From: an uncultured archaeon
GTDB taxonomy: Archaea; Asgardarchaeota; Lokiarchaeia; Sigyniarchaeales; SOKP01
NCBI GenBank assembly: GCA_964493715.1
Contig: CAZBPC010000036.1
Coordinates: 1 to 29,475 of the forward strand
Direction: 5' to 3'
DNA length: 29,475 nucleotides
Shown here: piece by piece, positions 27,732 to 29,475 of the stretch
Position numbering within the stretch: position 1 is the first letter of the stretch
How the letters are laid out: each line of letters starts with the position of its first letter
Notes under the pieces: generated by a model
Seen by the model: the letters and a program-made list of their open reading frames with translations, nothing else
Database searches by the model: none
Told to the model about the DNA's origin: nothing
Position numbers and translations under genes: made by a program

Positions 27732-28571
27732 TTATGTCTCTTTTAATAAATATACAAAGTAATTATTCATAGCATGAAGATTTTCTCCGTTTATTTTCAA
27801 TTTAAATCTATGCTTAAGTAAATCATAAAGCAAGTCTATTCCATAAAATTTTCCGAATTTACCTATAATAGAATATAAAATTTTATTTATATTTTGATTA
27901 TTATTAATTTGGACAGTATTTTTGCAAATATCTAGATTTTTATTAAAAAATTGCAATATATCATTAATACACCTTTCACGTATAGATTTATCTTGAAAAC
28001 CAGCTAATTTTAATTTTTGGTTTTTAAAAATCTTGAAATTTAATGAAGGAATATCACCTAAAATAACACTCTTCTTAGTTTTTGATTTGCGGTAATATTC
28101 AAATCCATTTTGAAGACCTTTTCGCTCATGAAAGGTATTAAAATAGAGTGAATACACGGGGCTATGGATACCCGATTTTCTCATATTTATATAATATACT
28201 CGTCCATGGTACAGCTTTTGGCAAGTTTTTTCGAAATCTAAAATCCGAACCCAACGTTCATTTCTAGGCAAACGATCAAAAGAGTTTCCATTAAATATCC
28301 ATAAGACATAACAATCGCTTTTATTGTATTCTTCAGTTCTTTGAATTAAATCTTTTACCAATATCATTGAATGTTGCACCTCAATCACTACTTTTTTACC
28401 ATTGGTAAGTTCACAATATATGTCGGCAATTCGGTCTCCGATATAGTATTCTTCCATAATTGTGGTTATATCGTTATCGAGAGGAAGATTACGAGCAAGA
28501 TATTCCTTAATCTTAATATGTTCAATAGATTCTGCTTCTTTCTTTTTTTGATTTTGAATTTCAATTTGCAT
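27732..28571 (-). CDS. CoiA-like PD-(D/E)XK nuclease
   Basis: ESIEHIKIK, E....RIADI, VIEVQHS, RT..Y...YVLWIF. Confidence 0.8.
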   Translation of the reverse strand: MQIEIQNQKKKEAESIEHIKIKEYLARNLPLDNDITTIMEEYYIGDRIADIYCELTNGKKVVIEVQHSMILVKDLIQRTEEYNKSDCYVLWIFNGNSFDRLPRNERWVRILDFEKTCQKLYHGRVYYINMRKSGIHSPVYSLYFNTFHERKGLQNGFEYYRKSKTKKSVILGDIPSLNFKIFKNQKLKLAGFQDKSIRERCINDILQFFNKNLDICKNTVQINNNQNINKILYSIIGKFGKFYGIDLLYDLLKHRFKLKINGENLHAMNNYFVYLLKET

Positions 28572-28660
28572 GCCTTTTTATCTAAATGTATGTTTTTAAA
28601 CCATTGCTTTAATTAAATAAAACTTAATAACTGTCTATTGATTAACTTAATTTGAGGATA

Positions 28661-29475
28661 TTGACGGAATTATCAAAGAAATTAAAAAAAAAATTAGAGC
28701 AACTAATCGCATTGTTACAAGATCAAAAAATTATTGTTGCTTTTTCTGGAGGTGCTGATAGCAGTTTACTTGCTTTTTTGTCTAAAATGAATGCAAAAGA
28801 AACCCTACTAATCACAATGAAATCATTACTATATTCGGACGAGGAAGTTAAAGAAGCAAAAAATTTTGCATCAAAGTTTAACATTCCCCATTTAATTCTC
28901 GAAACTGAACCGCTTTCTAATGAGGAATTTATTAAAAATAAAACCAATAGATGTTATACATGTAAGATAGATATATTCACGAAAATATTAAAAGTTAAAG
29001 AAGAACGCGCTTATGAATTAGTGATAGAAGGTTCAAATATCACGGATTTAGGAGATTACCGACCCGGGTTGGATGCCTTGAAGGAACTTAAAATCTTATC
29101 ACCTTATATTGATACAGAAATCGATAAGGATGAAATTAGAATCTTGAGTAACCATTTTCGACTTGAGACTGGATCAAAACCCTCGGGAGCTTGTTTTGCA
29201 TCTCGAATACCATATCATCAAGTTATTTCGAAAGAGAAGTTAGAAATGGTTCAAAAAGCTGAAAAATTCTTAAAAGAACAATATGGATTGAAACAACTGA
29301 GAGTACGTGTCCATGAAGGGGCCCTAGCTCGTATTGAAGTCTTAAAAGATGAGATAGCAAGGATTTTAAATGATAATTTCGCTAAAATCGTATCTTATTT
29401 TAAAGAGTTAGGATTCGTCTATGTAACAATCGATTTAGAAGGATTTCGGTCTGGTTCCCTAAATGAAGCACTTAC
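28661..29475 (+). CDS. larE: ATP-dependent sacrificial sulfur transferase LarE (3' end runs off window)
   Basis: Not in the ORF track. TTG 28661; VAFSGGADSSLL (PP-loop), NRCYTCK, EGSN..D..DYRPG, ACFASRIPY, RVRVH, DLEGFRSGSLN. Confidence 0.92.
   Translation, partial: MTELSKKLKKKLEQLIALLQDQKIIVAFSGGADSSLLAFLSKMNAKETLLITMKSLLYSDEEVKEAKNFASKFNIPHLILETEPLSNEEFIKNKTNRCYTCKIDIFTKILKVKEERAYELVIEGSNITDLGDYRPGLDALKELKILSPYIDTEIDKDEIRILSNHFRLETGSKPSGACFASRIPYHQVISKEKLEMVQKAEKFLKEQYGLKQLRVRVHEGALARIEVLKDEIARILNDNFAKIVSYFKELGFVYVTIDLEGFRSGSLNEAL

Noticed and set aside
21700-28571. MTase + CoiA nuclease as a restriction-modification pair or defence island
   Set aside because: 4.6 kb apart with unrelated genes between; no integrase, att repeats or obvious composition shift
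28684-28693. A10 tract in larE as a frameshift or phase-variation site
   Set aside because: Reading frame is intact; A-runs are common in this Lys-rich, AT-rich sequence
1354-28947. Numerous 60-125 aa ORFs in the track nested in or antisense to longer genes (e.g. 2131, 2353, 2871, 4168, 13634, 18536, 20589, 28723)
   Set aside because: They overlap well-supported genes and have no motifs of their own
1-29475. tRNA/rRNA genes, CRISPR arrays, IS elements, inteins
   Set aside because: No GC-rich structured intergenic segments, regularly spaced repeats, transposase or intein motifs seen; all intergenic gaps are under ~250 bp and AT-rich

Overview
AT-rich (roughly 30% GC by eye), gene-dense archaeal chromosomal window. 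It is most consistent with an Asgard/Lokiarchaeia-type genome; this is an inference from the archaeal uS2, a GGGPS/DGGGPS/GGR ether-lipid operon, GGTGA-type Shine-Dalgarno sites, multiple SCP2 proteins and a ubiquitin-system-like fusion. It holds about 28 CDS. I saw no tRNA, rRNA, CRISPR array or transposase. Main blocks: (1) a GGR-like flavoprotein, an HD protein, uS2 with a long acidic N-tail and CooC; (2) a putative HTH+RHH regulator with a four-box operator, upstream of a TIGR03916-type radical SAM / DUF4130 pair whose members both end in PCNA PIP-box-like motifs; (3) an IolD-like ThDP enzyme, a QueG-like Fe-S protein, IlvD and two tail-to-tail Gfo/Idh/MocA paralogues; (4) SCP2 lipid carriers and a kinase-GGR-GGGPS-DGGGPS operon; (5) two orphan NPPY DNA methyltransferases; (6) a PadR-Zn ribbon / HAAS membrane-sensor locus enclosing a UBC/UEV-like + catalytically dead JAB/MPN fusion; (7) a CoiA-like nuclease and LarE. 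The most novel candidates are the E2-like-MPN(-) double pseudo-enzyme and the PIP-box-bearing radical SAM/DUF4130 module. All calls are by motif recognition only; no searches were run.
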